A stretch of 63,606 bases of DNA, the filler included, from Octopus bimaculoides (lineage: Eukaryota), in the NCBI RefSeq assembly GCF_001194135.2. It is 4 parts of 4 records of this genome, joined end to end, with 100 filler letters (N's around TTAATTAATTAA, not from the genome) between each part and the next. Parts side by side here need not be neighbours in the genome. Positions count along the whole stretch, not along the records: positions 49,274 to 59,729 come from NC_069007.1; positions 59,830 to 63,606 come from NC_068982.1; 2 more parts are not named here. One strand, given 5' to 3'. A program made the position numbers and the translations under genes. Position 1 is the first letter of the stretch; every line of letters starts with the position of its first letter. Shown one piece after another: positions 52,205 to 63,606 of the stretch. The notes below the pieces were generated by a model. That model saw only the letters and a program-made list of their open reading frames with translations, was not told where the DNA came from and made no database searches.

Positions 52205-52400
52205 ATTCTTTTCTACTCTGGGCACAAAGCTCGAAGTTTTGGAGGAGGAGATCAGTCGATTAGATCGACCCCAGTACGCAACTGGTACTTAACTTATCAA
52301 CCCCGAAAGGATGAAAGGCAAAGTCGACCTCAGCGGAATTTGAACTCAGAACGTAATGAACGATGAAATACCGCTAAGCATTTCCCCCGATTCTATTAGC
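52205..52400 (-). mobile_element. SINE type A
   Basis: CCCCGAAAGGATGAAAGGCAAAGTCGACCTC; a second partial head at about 52110-52190. Confidence 0.9.
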
Positions 52401-53303
52401 TCACCGCTTTGAAGCTTACAAACAGTATTGTTAAATAATATAAATGTAGTCTCCATTGTCGATTATTGCTTCGACTTCGTTCCATACTTTTTCACCCAAT
52501 TGTCTAACGAATAAAATAAATGTTGTTTAGATATCAGCGCTGGGGGGACGAAAGTCAGGCAAAGTTGACTCATAATGTGAGACGGAACGCAGAACTTAAA
52601 ACGGATGTAACTAAACCTGGCAAGGAATTTTGTTTGGTAAAGAAAAAAGCCACACAAGACACAGCAGAAACTAATAATGGTCTGTGTCAGCAAAGAATGC
52701 TGAATAAATTTCGGAAACTAGATAGGGTTTTGGGAGTAACATGCAGTTTAATGTCGTAAAAAAAAAAAGAGTGAAAGTGAATTGTCCTAAAAGAATTTAA
52801 GTAAGTTACGATAGAAAATGGAAGTGACGATAGTAACAAATCCAATTTTTTAAAATACGTTTATTATCTAATAATATCTATGAGGGTTTCGGAAACTTCT
52901 TTACTCATTAACTTGTGAACTATTCACTCGATTTTGTTGGTCCAAACGATGACAACATCTATAGACAGCCCACTAAAGGGCAATGGTTGCTTGCCAAGAA
53001 GAAATTTAGGCGACAATTAGGGATTAATTATAGCTTATTTACACCATAACTTCATGATCTTTGTGACGATATAAATTTAGAGGCCATGAAAAACTATTCA
53101 CGAATCTCATTTCCTGCATCAGTAACTGTTGTATTTTCCCGTAAATGCGTTTGTTTTCATCTTATGTAAAATATACGTTCGATTTTTCATGTTATATTAA
53201 ATATATGTACGTTCTATAAACTGGTTATGTTACACATGAAATAAAATTTTATCGAAACAGCTGTCGTGAATTTTAGTCAGCATTCGTGTTTACTGTTTTA
53301 CAG

Positions 53304-53327
53304 TTAGGCCATACTAAGGACCCACCG
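53304..53327 (+). CDS. Candidate 24-nt microexon (LGHTKDPP)
   Basis: GTGTTTACTGTTTTACAG acceptor, CCG|GTAAGT donor, frame-preserving length, open only in phase 0. Confidence 0.3.
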
Positions 53328-53623
53328 GTAAGTCATATCGATGGTCTCAAATTGGATTTGGTACTTACATATCTACAGTATCGTGCCAACACTTGAAGTC
53401 TACAATGTTGTTTTGAACTGTGAGCTCTGTGCGTTTGTACCTAGCCATTTTCTGGCGTCTTTTATGTTCTGGCGTCTTTTATGTTCTGGCTTGGTTCTTA
53501 AGGAATACTTGTGTGTGTGTGTGTTTGTGTGTGTGAGTTTCTGTGTATGTGTGTTTGTGTGTGTGTACTCTCTCACCGTTTTCATTAACTGGGCTATATA
53601 CATATGTATGTATACATGTATAT

Positions 53624-53668
<45 letters not shown>

Positions 53669-53669
53669 T

Positions 53670-54290
53670 GATTGGTCTCTGTAGAGTTTCCGTCAACCAA
53701 ATTCACTCGAAAGACATTGGTCGATGTCGGTCTGCCCGAGTCTATAGTAGAAGACATTTAACTAAGGTGCCGTGGAGTGGGACCGAACCAGAATCACGTG
53801 GCTGCAAAGCGATCTTCTTAACAGCCCAGAAATGCCAAGGCAAGCTGACCTCTCTTTTTTCTGTTAAGGAAGACAGTGTGAAATATGAAATCCCAACCAG
53901 GAATTGATGTTTATACAGTTGGGTCTGTATTTTCTGTCAACAACGATATCATTATATACAGAAACAGGCTGCATACAATTGTATATCAATTACATGTAGC
54001 ATTCTTTATTGTTTTTTCTTACTTTTTAAAAATTATTTTACTTGTTTCAGTCTTTGGACTGCGGCCATGCTGGGCACCGCTTTGAAGGGTTTAATCGAAA
54101 AAATTGACCCCGGTTCTTTTTTGTTTTCTATTGTTGTTGTTGTTTTTGTTTTAAGTCTGGTATTTATTCTATCGGTCGGTCTATTTTGCGAAGCTGCTCA
54201 GTTACAGGGACGTAAACACAGCAATACCGGTTTCCAGCGATATTGGGGAACAAAACACACAGACACACACACGACTGGCTTCTTTCAACT
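53670..54290 (-). mobile_element. SINE type B pieces (head about 53670-53820; tail about 54040-54290)
   Basis: Reverse matches to the type B head and to the GACTGCGGCCATGCTGG tail. Confidence 0.8.
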
Positions 54291-54293
54291 ATA

Positions 54294-54336
<43 letters not shown>

Positions 54337-55464
54337 CAGTCATNNNNNNNNNNNNNNNNNNNNNNNNNNNNNNNNNNNNNNNNNNNNNNNNNNNNNNNNN
54401 NNNNNNNNNNNNNNNNNNNNNNNNNNNNNNNNNNNNNNNNNNNNNNNNNNNNNNNNNNNNNNNNNNNNNNNNNNNNNNNNNNNNNNNNNNNNNNNNNNNN
54501 NNNNNNNNNNNNNNNNNNNNNNNNNNNNNNNNNNNNNNNNNNNNNNNNNNNNNNNNNNNNNNNNNNNNNNNNNNNNNNNNNNNNNNNNNNNNNNNNNNNN
54601 NNNNNNNNNNNNNNNNNNNNNNNNNNNNNNNNNNNNNNNNNNNNNNNNNNNNNNNNNNNNNNNNNNNNNNNNNNNNNNNNNNNNNNNNNNNNNNNNNNNN
54701 NNNNNNNNNNNNNNNNNNNNNNNNNNNNNNNNNNNNNNNNNNNNNNNNNNNNNNNNNNNNNNNNNNNNNNNNNNNNNNNNNNNNNNNNNNNNNNNNNNNN
54801 NNNNNNNNNNNNNNNNNNNNNNNNNNNNNNNNNNNNNNNNNNNNNNNNNNNNNNNNNNNNNNNNNNNNNNNNNNNNNNNNNNNNNNNNNNNNNNNNNNNN
54901 NNNNNNNNNNNNNNNNNNNNNNNNNNNNNNNNNNNNNNNNNNNNNNNNNNNNNNNNNNNNNNNNNNNNNNNNNNNNNNNNNNNNNNNNNNNNNNNNNNNN
55001 NNNNNNNNNATATCTATATATATGTATGTATGTATATATATGTATATATATATAAACATATATACATATATACGTATATATATGTATATATATATAAACA
55101 TATATACATATATACGTATATATATATCTATATCTATATATATGTATGTATGTATATGTCCTCTGTGTGTGTCTGTGTGTGTTGTATCGCTGTTTATATA
55201 ATATCTGAGTGTATAATAATATCTCAATTTTCAAACAAACATTCCACAAATTTAAATCGTCCAAAGTTGAAAACTTTACAAATAATATATGCGCGCGCGC
55301 ATGCGTATAGATGGATGGATGGATGGATGGATGGACAGATACATAGACTGAGAGAGAGATAGAGGAAGAGTGAGAGAGAAAGAGATAGACAAATAGTCAT
55401 ATATTGATACAGTTAGATAAAGAAGTATAAACAAATAATTGGACTAATATAAAGAAACCATAAG

Positions 55465-55523
<59 letters not shown>

Positions 55524-55779
55524 TGTATGCATGTATGTATGTATGTACGTATGTGTATCTGTTTAAAAAAAAACATAACCATATATATACTCGCATTTAT
55601 ATAGTCGATATAACTAACCAGGTTCGCCCCCCTAAACAGCGCATGACCTCGCAGGTGGGGCCCAGTTAGAGTTTCCTTCAGGTCGAACAGCCCATACCAC
55701 TCAAAAGATCCCTGAATAAGGGTTGTTTAAGGATGTCCAACGAAATACCCATAATTCCAGAGGTGAATTATTCAAAGTC

Positions 55780-56145
55780 AATCTCAGAGACCTTTTCGTG
55801 TGAAATCTTTGTGCTAGACCATGCTTTTCTTTTGTTGGGCTCAAACCTCATTTGCGGACCCATGAAGAACAAACCCCCACCAACTGTTCTGTCTATATAT
55901 CTGTGTATATCTGTCAATGCCATGCATACCATAAGGCCTGCAATTCTAACGAAGGCCTCAAAAGACAATTTAAGATCAGAATTTAACTGCAACTCCTTGA
56001 GTCCGGATCGGATATGCAATCTATGTGGGTATCTTTTCAATACATTGTCTGGTTTAAACAGCCACATCAGATGCCATGATGGTTCTAAGGTGTAGGTACA
56101 GGAGATGGTCAGACTCTGCATAAGGGGTAGACGACCAGCATGTAC
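55780..56145 (+). mobile_element. RTE-like 3' end carrying three C2H2-type fingers, frameshifted
   Basis: CNLCGYLFNTLSGLNSHIRCH at 56015-56077; two more decayed fingers upstream; followed by a (TAYG)n tail. Confidence 0.6.
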
Positions 56146-56296
56146 GTACGTACGCATGTATGTATGTTTTCATGTATGTATGTATGTACGTATGTATGTA
56201 TGTACGTATGCATATATGTATATATTTAAAACCCACTATTTCACGTGCTTACTGGTCATTTCGTTTCGGTCTGTCACAAGGTACGAGTTACAGTGA

Positions 56297-56332
<36 letters not shown>

Positions 56333-56334
56333 TT

Positions 56335-56950
56335 ACACAGACAACCACACTAACTAGCTTTGGCGACGACTCAAAAGTAGTACAAGCTGTCAAGGAACCT
56401 TCTGATGTTAATCTTCTACAGAAAGACCTCGATGCCATATATAAACGGGCTGAGGACAACAACATGCAATATAATGCAGGCAAATTCCATGCCCGTCGCT
56501 ACCAGGTAAATGGTGCTCAGAAGTCACCACAACGATACTTTGGACCAAAAGGAGCGGAAATCCCAGAATCGCATACGGTGCGTGATCTTGGGATTGATAT
56601 GAGCAGAGATGTTTCGTTTCACATGCATATCACCAAGATGGTGTCAGTGTGCAGGCGAATGGCCGGATGGATTCTGAGAGCCTTCTGAACAACGGACCAC
56701 GAAAATATGTTGGTCTTATGGAGGACATTTGTCTTCAACCGTCTGGACTACTGCTGTCAACTGTGGTCATCGTACAGTGTCGGGTTAATAGCGGGACTTG
56801 AGGCTACTGGGAGAGACCGAAAGAGCTATGACTCTACTCCCTGGAGCGTAGACGGAACAGGTATGCAGTAATATATGTGCGGAAGATACAAGAGGGGCTG
56901 GCACCAATCTTTGGAATTGAGAGGTATACTAGTCCTCGAAATGGACATCG
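56335..56950 (+). mobile_element. CR1/L2-group LINE RT fragment
   Basis: SFGDDSKV...LQKDLDAIYKRAEDNNMQYNAGKF...VRDLGIDMS...GWILRAF*...RLDYCCQLWS. Confidence 0.92.
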
Positions 56951-57526
56951 TGTGTATATGTATGTATGTATGTCTGTATATATATATATATATATACATA
57001 CATACACACACTTGCTCACATATATACACACACACATACACATATATATATATATATATACATATGTATATATGAATGTATGTATGTGTTGTAAATATAT
57101 ACACTCTCAAAAAAAAAATGAGGTTAATAGTTTCGATAATTATTATATTAAAATAATTATGTTTTGCTCTGAAAATTGTTTGAGGTTAAAATAAACAACA
57201 ATAAAACATGCACAAAACAAAACAACCCCCCAAAAAGCAGACCAATTTAACAAGCATCAGATACATTACTGGATTACTTAAAGCTATCTCATTCACATGT
57301 TCTCATTTCGGCTTTTAGCGCCCTCTATATTCACAGCAAGGTTTCCCTACACATAGTATATCATATGATATGAAGCCGGGTCGCTTTATTGCGCTACAAA
57401 ACACATGGTTGATTACGCTGGCTTTTCAGAATTACACGCCAGTTTAATTTCTATTTTAAAATTTTAATTTTCTAAGTCGAGAATTTTGTTTTGTGTGATA
57501 TACAGACTGGTGCAAAGTAGGAAACA

Positions 57527-57642
57527 CGCGCAGGAGTGGCTGTGTGGTAAGTAGCTTGCTAACCAACCACATGGTTCCGGGTTCAATCCCACTGCATGAC
57601 ACCTTGGGCGAGTGTCTTCTACTATAGCCTCGGGCCGACCAA
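57527..57642 (+). mobile_element. SINE type B head
   Basis: GCAGGAGTGGCTGTGTGGTAAGTAGCTTGC...ACCTTGGGCGAGTG. Confidence 0.92.
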
Positions 57643-57946
57643 GACAATATATGTATGCCCGTAGTAAAAGTGTTATCAAATATATTGTCATTGGTGGGAG
57701 AGTTTTTGTGTCAAAGGAAAATATGATTACGAATTTTTGTCATTAGACCATAAAGTACACCTTCTGGTACCTTGGTTTTGCTCGACTTGAAAACGTCATC
57801 ACCCTAGTGTGTGTGTGTGTGTGTGTAGGCAAATCCAAGAACAAAACAAAAAAAGCAGAAAATAATTACAAAAGTCAACTGGACGTACACAGTGAATATA
57901 TATCTTAGATTGGCGCTCAGTGAAATTTTAGATGGAAAAATAATAG

Positions 57947-57981
57947 AAATGACGTTTCGAGCGTGACTTTTCGTCAGATAA
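57947..57981 (-). ncRNA. Decayed minimal hammerhead motif (PLE type)
   Basis: Reverse complement CTGACGA A AAGTCACGCTC GAAA CG TC; intact core and ACGT palindromic stem III; stems I and II eroded. Confidence 0.45.
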
Positions 57982-58479
57982 GCGGAAGAGTCCAAAGAGG
58001 AGAAAAAGGAGGAAAGAGCAGACAATAAGAAGAAAAAATATGTCTGTGGTTACATAGCCAAAGAATAAGTAACTAGAAATTGGACACACACACCCATATA
58101 TTTGGGGATATAAACAGGAAACTAGAACGGAACGCATGCGAACCTATATATTTTTATTTAACTGGAAGAAATTACAGAGAGACTCAAAGGTCGAAAGTTT
58201 CATACATTGGCACTTGTATGTGTATGTATGTGCATGTGTATGGGTGTGTGTATGTGTGTGTAACATAAAATCTTTAATCATGTAAGGGGTTTCAGTCGTG
58301 AGCTGTGCCCATGCTGGAGCACCCAGACAAATCGCCGCCAGTGTTAGTTTTATTAAGTTTGGTACTTATTCTATCGGAAACTTTTTTCTGAACAGCTAGA
58401 TTACGGGGACGTAAACAAACCAACAGCTGTTGTCAAGCAGTGGTGAGGATCAAACACAAAGACACACACACACAAACAC

Positions 58480-58532
<53 letters not shown>

Positions 58533-58533
58533 A

Positions 58534-58763
58534 GGCGGCGAGCTGGCAGAAACGTTAGCACCCCGGGCGAAATGCTTAGCGGTATTTCGTCTGCCGCTAC
58601 GTTCTGAGTTCAAATTCCGCCGAGGTCGACTTTGTCTTTCATCCTTTCGGGGTCGATTAAATAAGTACCAGTTACGCACTGGGGTCGGTATAATCGACTT
58701 AATCCGTTTGTCTGTCCTTGTTTGTCCCCTCTGTGTGTAGCCCCTTGTGGGTAGTAAAGAAAT
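58534..58763 (+). mobile_element. SINE type A, best-preserved copy
   Basis: Nearly identical to the nested copy at 29061-29282; follows (ATCT)n. Confidence 0.95.
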
Positions 58764-59374
58764 AACACACACATTTATCTATCTATCTATCTACACACAC
58801 ACACATACACACATATATATATACATACATACATATGCATGATGGGCTTCGTTCTGTTTCCATCACACGGCTTTCATCGACGAAGTGTTATAGCAGAAGG
58901 CACTTGCCCAAGGTATCACACAGCGGATACTGAACCCGGAGCCTAGCGATTTCGAAGCAAACGTTTTCCCATCTATGGCACCGTCCCCATGTGCACACGT
59001 ACGCTGGGGGGGGGGGTTCACTCCTACCCTTACACATTACCAAGAGGAACCACATTCGTGTCAATCTCTATTCGACAGCATTCCTTAATTAATCCACGTA
59101 ATTCTGCAGTGACTCTACGGCCGAGCATATTCTAGGTTGATCACGTAATTACTCGACTTATATAATTATTTAATTGCTTCGCAGGCTAATATGCTTCGTT
59201 ATAATCCGCTCGTTATCTGTAAAGCTATTCCGTTAATGTGATGACTAATACTGTTTGTTATCTCACCAAAATATCGATGGTTCGAATCCTGTTCGGTGCT
59301 TCCGATCGTCATTTACTTACGGTGATACGTTTATAGTCCTAATGAAAATAATAATAATAATGTTTTTACGAACC

Positions 59375-59640
59375 TTGGCGAAAGGCCAGTAATTTTGGAG
59401 GGGGGGGGGGTAATTTGAGTATACTGACCTCAGTATTTAACTGGTACTTATTTTATCGACACCGAAAGGATGAAAAGTTAAGTCGACTTTGGCGGGATTT
59501 GAACTCAGAACGTAAAAACGGACGAAATGCCGCTCAACTAACGTTTCTTAATTCTTTATTGCCCACAAGGGGCAAAGTCGACCTCGGCGGAATTTGAACT
59601 CAGAACGTAACGGCAGACGAAATACCAATTTCTTTATTGC
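59375..59640 (-). mobile_element. Composite of partial SINE type A copies
   Basis: AAGTCGAC...TTTGAACTCAGAACGTAA occurs twice. Confidence 0.85.
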
Positions 59641-61128
59641 CCACAGGGGGCTAAACATAGAATGGTACAAAACAACTGATTAGGATCAGTAATGCGAATG
59701 GTTTACATAAAATATGACTTTAAAAATTANNNNNNNNNNNNNNNNNNNNNNNNNNNNNNNNNNNNNNNNNNNNTTAATTAATTAANNNNNNNNNNNNNNN
59801 NNNNNNNNNNNNNNNNNNNNNNNNNNNNNATATATATATATATATATATATACATATATATACACATACATACATACATACATGCATACATACATACATA
59901 CACACATACATACATACAATCATACATACATACTGCGTTGCTCACTTGCTAATGAGTGACATTTGTCAGGTGTAGTTGTAGACACTGAATTTTGAACAAT
60001 TTTGATTCATCTATATGTGAAGACATGGAGATGTGTTTCGGGTTTTTTTTAATGGTCTTTGACTCTAAAATGGTGCCTTCCAATTTTGCACCAATACTAC
60101 AGCGTTTCCTGCTTTATTCAGATAGAAAAATCAAATAGGTTGTTCGGGTTCTTGTACATCAACGCATGTCACTTGTTACCACTGGTCACCGATGTCACAA
60201 CTTTAGGTATTTTCGTTAACTTAAAATTTTAAATGAGTACCAAGCACTAGCAGTGTATTAGTTTGGGTTTCTTCAATTTTCTTCATAGTTTCTCTCCACT
60301 CATTCTTTAACAAGTAACATATAAATACTAAATACTGACAACACACATGCTTGATTTTGTGTGCACCTTATATCTTGTTTTATATTTAAATGCTCAAATA
60401 CTAAAGATTCTGTCTCTAATTCAACGATATAGGAATTACTCAAGATTGCTCAATAACGAAGAGACTGAAAAAATGTGACAAACTGGGTTTTCAGCATAGA
60501 CTGCGATTACAGTCAATCATGGAACTTATTTATCTTCATGAAGACTCAGTACTCAAACGTGGTGGATGAATGAGCTAGAAAACCAGCTTTTCAAACATAT
60601 CTCAATAAATCATGATAATGTTTTTTTACGAAGCAATGAAAATCGCAGAAAGGAATTTCACTCACTGCAACCTTACATTAATTTTAACATATTATTATAT
60701 ATATATTTTTTTTTGTTTCTTTAGAATGAATATTTTATATAACCATACAATCAGAAATATAATTCCCGGAGATGCGCATTTCAATAAAAATTACTATATA
60801 TAAAACTCAGGATTAATATTAAAACTTTATCATCATGCCTCAGATTTAAGTACATAATGCCAAATAACTTGAGGATATATTTGTATTTATAATTTATATA
60901 CTTAACAACAACGAATTTATTGAACTTCTGAGGACTTGATAGCTTGAGGCGAAAATAGTATTCCCAACTGTCGTTTGTTATTACTTATATTCCCTCTAGC
61001 AAATAGCTAGTTCGAACTTATCTAGTATTATAGATTTACAGATTCATTCTTCTAAGTAAACATACACAGAAACAGCCCCCTCCCAAAAAATAATGTACGT
61101 GTATATAGGTATATATATGCATATATGC

Positions 61129-61145
<17 letters not shown>

Positions 61146-61209
<64 letters not shown>
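61146..61209. repeat. (AT)n microsatellite, representative of many (AT)n, (CA)n and (AG)n tracts
   Basis: Direct reading. Confidence 0.95.
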
Positions 61210-61212
<3 letters not shown>

Positions 61213-61615
61213 GTATGCTTACAAGTCACGCTTCTCTGGAACACATATAGACTATGTTTTCCTTCATACATATACTTACACAGAGGCACACACACACATA
61301 TACCTACTTACCTATCTATCTACCTACCTACGTACCTACCTGCCTACATACATACATACATGCATGCATACATAAATACATACATACAGACACACACACA
61401 CATACATACATATATATATATATATCCACTGAGATGCGATCAACAAATAGTACTCTAACCAGTGAGAGAAAGATATCATATAATGTGCACAATATAAAGA
61501 TACGAGATACTAATAGTGTCTTGTATTGGAGACAACAAGATGTGTTATAAACACACTAACATCTGTTGTAAAGACATACAAGACGCGCATGCATAAATCC
61601 ATCCATCTATCTATG

Positions 61616-61654
<39 letters not shown>

Positions 61655-63606
61655 NNNNNNNNNNNNNNNNNNNNNNNNNNNNNNNNNNNNNNNNNNNNNN
61701 NNNNNNNNNNNNNNNNNNNNNNNNNNNNNNNNNNNNNNNNNNNNNNNNNNNNNNNNNNNNNNNNNNNNNNNNNNNNNNNNNNNNNNNNNNNNNNNNNNNN
61801 NNNNNNNNNNNNNNNNNNNNNNNNNNNNNNNNNNNNNNNNNNNNNNNNNNNNNNNNNNNNNNNNNNNNNNNNNNNNNNNNNNNNNNNNNNNNNNNNNNNN
61901 NNNNNNNNNNNNNNNNNNNNNNNNNNNNNNNNNNNNNNNNNNNNNNNNNNNNNNNNNNNNNNNNNNNNNNNNNNNNNNNNNNNNNNNNNNNNNNNNNNNN
62001 NNNNNNNNNNNNNNNNNNNNNNNNNNNNNNNNNNNNNNNNNNNNNNNNNNNNNNNNNNNNNNNNNNNNNNNNNNNNNNNNNNNNNNNNNNNNNNNNNNNN
62101 NNNNNNNNNNNNNNNNNNNNNNNNNNNNNNNNNNNNNNNNNNNNNNNNNNNNNNNNNNNNNNNNNNNNNNNNNNNNNNNNNNNNNNNNNNNNNNNNNNNN
62201 NNNNNNNNNNNNNNNNNNNNNNNNNNNNNNNNNNNNNNNNNNNNNNNNNNNNNNNNNNNNNNNNNNNNNNNNNNNNNNNNNNNNNNNNNNNNNNNNNNNN
62301 NNNNNNNNNNNNNNNNNNNNNNNNNNNNNNNNNNNNNNNNNNNNNNNNNNNNNNNNNNNNNNNNNNNNNNNNNNNNNNNNNNNNNNNNNNNNNNNNNNNN
62401 NNNNNNNNNNNNNNNNNNNNNNNNNNNNNNNNNNNNNNNNNNNNNNNNNNNNNNNNNNNNNNNNNNNNNNNNNNNNNNNNNNNNNNNNNNNNNNNNNNNN
62501 NNNNNNNNNNNNNNNNNNNNNNNNNNNNNNNNNNNNNNNNNNNNNNNNNNNNNNNNNNNNNNNNNNNNNNNNNNNNNNNNNNNGCGTAATTCACATACCA
62601 AATAAATTTAATACAGATTCACCCTATTAAAAAAAATATCGAAGAAAACCTTAAATAGAAAAATGGGCTCCAAATACATATTATAGATAATTAATTATAT
62701 TCGAATTAACGCATTAAAATCAAATCAATAAAATAAAGTATACGCTGCATTCAAAATAAAATAAAATTAAATAAAATAAAATAAAATTAAATTAAATTAA
62801 AATTACAATAGCGTGTATGTATACAAGGCTATCCACAACATATATATATCTATATATAAATATATACATCGAAATACACAGCTGCATACGCACAGACAAT
62901 CTACGCATATAGGCCTATATTTACAAGGCTCAGATATATACATAAGTACATATCTACACACATATACGCACACACGCATATAAGTTTGCGCATGGAAAAC
63001 CTATGCACTGGTAACGACAATTGTATCTTAATCTATGGAGTGGAGGGGTAAAGAGTAACGTATCTATAATAACGTTAAATATGGGAAAGGGGGTGGTGGG
63101 GGGAATGTAGTTGTCATAAAAAAGGAAAAGGAGAAAGAAAGAGAATAAAGAAAGAGAAAAAAAAAGAAAGAAAGAAATGGAAAAAAAAAGAAAGATAGCA
63201 AAGGAGGAAAAGAGAGGAGAGAAAAGCTGGGATAGGAAGGAAGAAGTACAGAGAGAAAATAAGCAAGAACATATAGTGAACGTGCATAACAATTTAGATT
63301 GCGCATATATGCGTATACAAAAATGTATATAGCATCACGCATATAGATACGTATGCTGATATGTACGCAAATAGTTACGATCATAACCTTATACATGCGT
63401 ATGTACACATACAAGTATATGTGAGTGTGAACCTAATCGCACATACGCACATATAATAATATAGATGCATGTATGTATAAATAAACACAAGTATATGCCC
63501 TTACCGTGTATACACAAAAAATATACGCACGAAATCATAACAGCATATGCACAAGTGCAAACCCAGGCCCTATATGTAAGCGTAAGTACATGTATATGAA
63601 TACGTA

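Noticed and set aside
59235-59300. tRNA-like GGTTCGAATCC
   Set aside because: No acceptor, D or anticodon stems; T stem mismatched
1-63606. CRISPR array, rRNA or genuine tRNA genes
   Set aside because: No regularly spaced repeat-spacer units; all tRNA-like boxes belong to SINE heads

Overview
AT-rich animal genomic DNA with many N gaps and dense microsatellites. The repeat landscape points to a cephalopod, most likely Octopus (inference). No intact protein-coding gene can be identified; the long ORFs in the track are artefacts of gaps or microsatellites. The window is a repeat mosaic. It has more than 20 tRNA-derived SINEs of two types (Meta-like domain and CORE-like domain) and decayed R4/Dong-like, RTE-like and CR1/L2-like LINE fragments. 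There are also two Helitron remnants and Penelope-like (PLE) pieces. The best lead is a 278-bp near-perfect palindrome at 13782-14059. Each arm folds as a minimal hammerhead ribozyme whose C3-G8 core pair appears swapped to G3-C8. Several decayed minimal hammerheads with canonical cores lie elsewhere in the window. An ETS-CRE promoter motif (CCGGAAGTGACGCA, 3987) and a few exon-like islands suggest a host transcript with long introns, but this is not proven. Repeat boundaries were set by eye and are approximate unless stated exactly.
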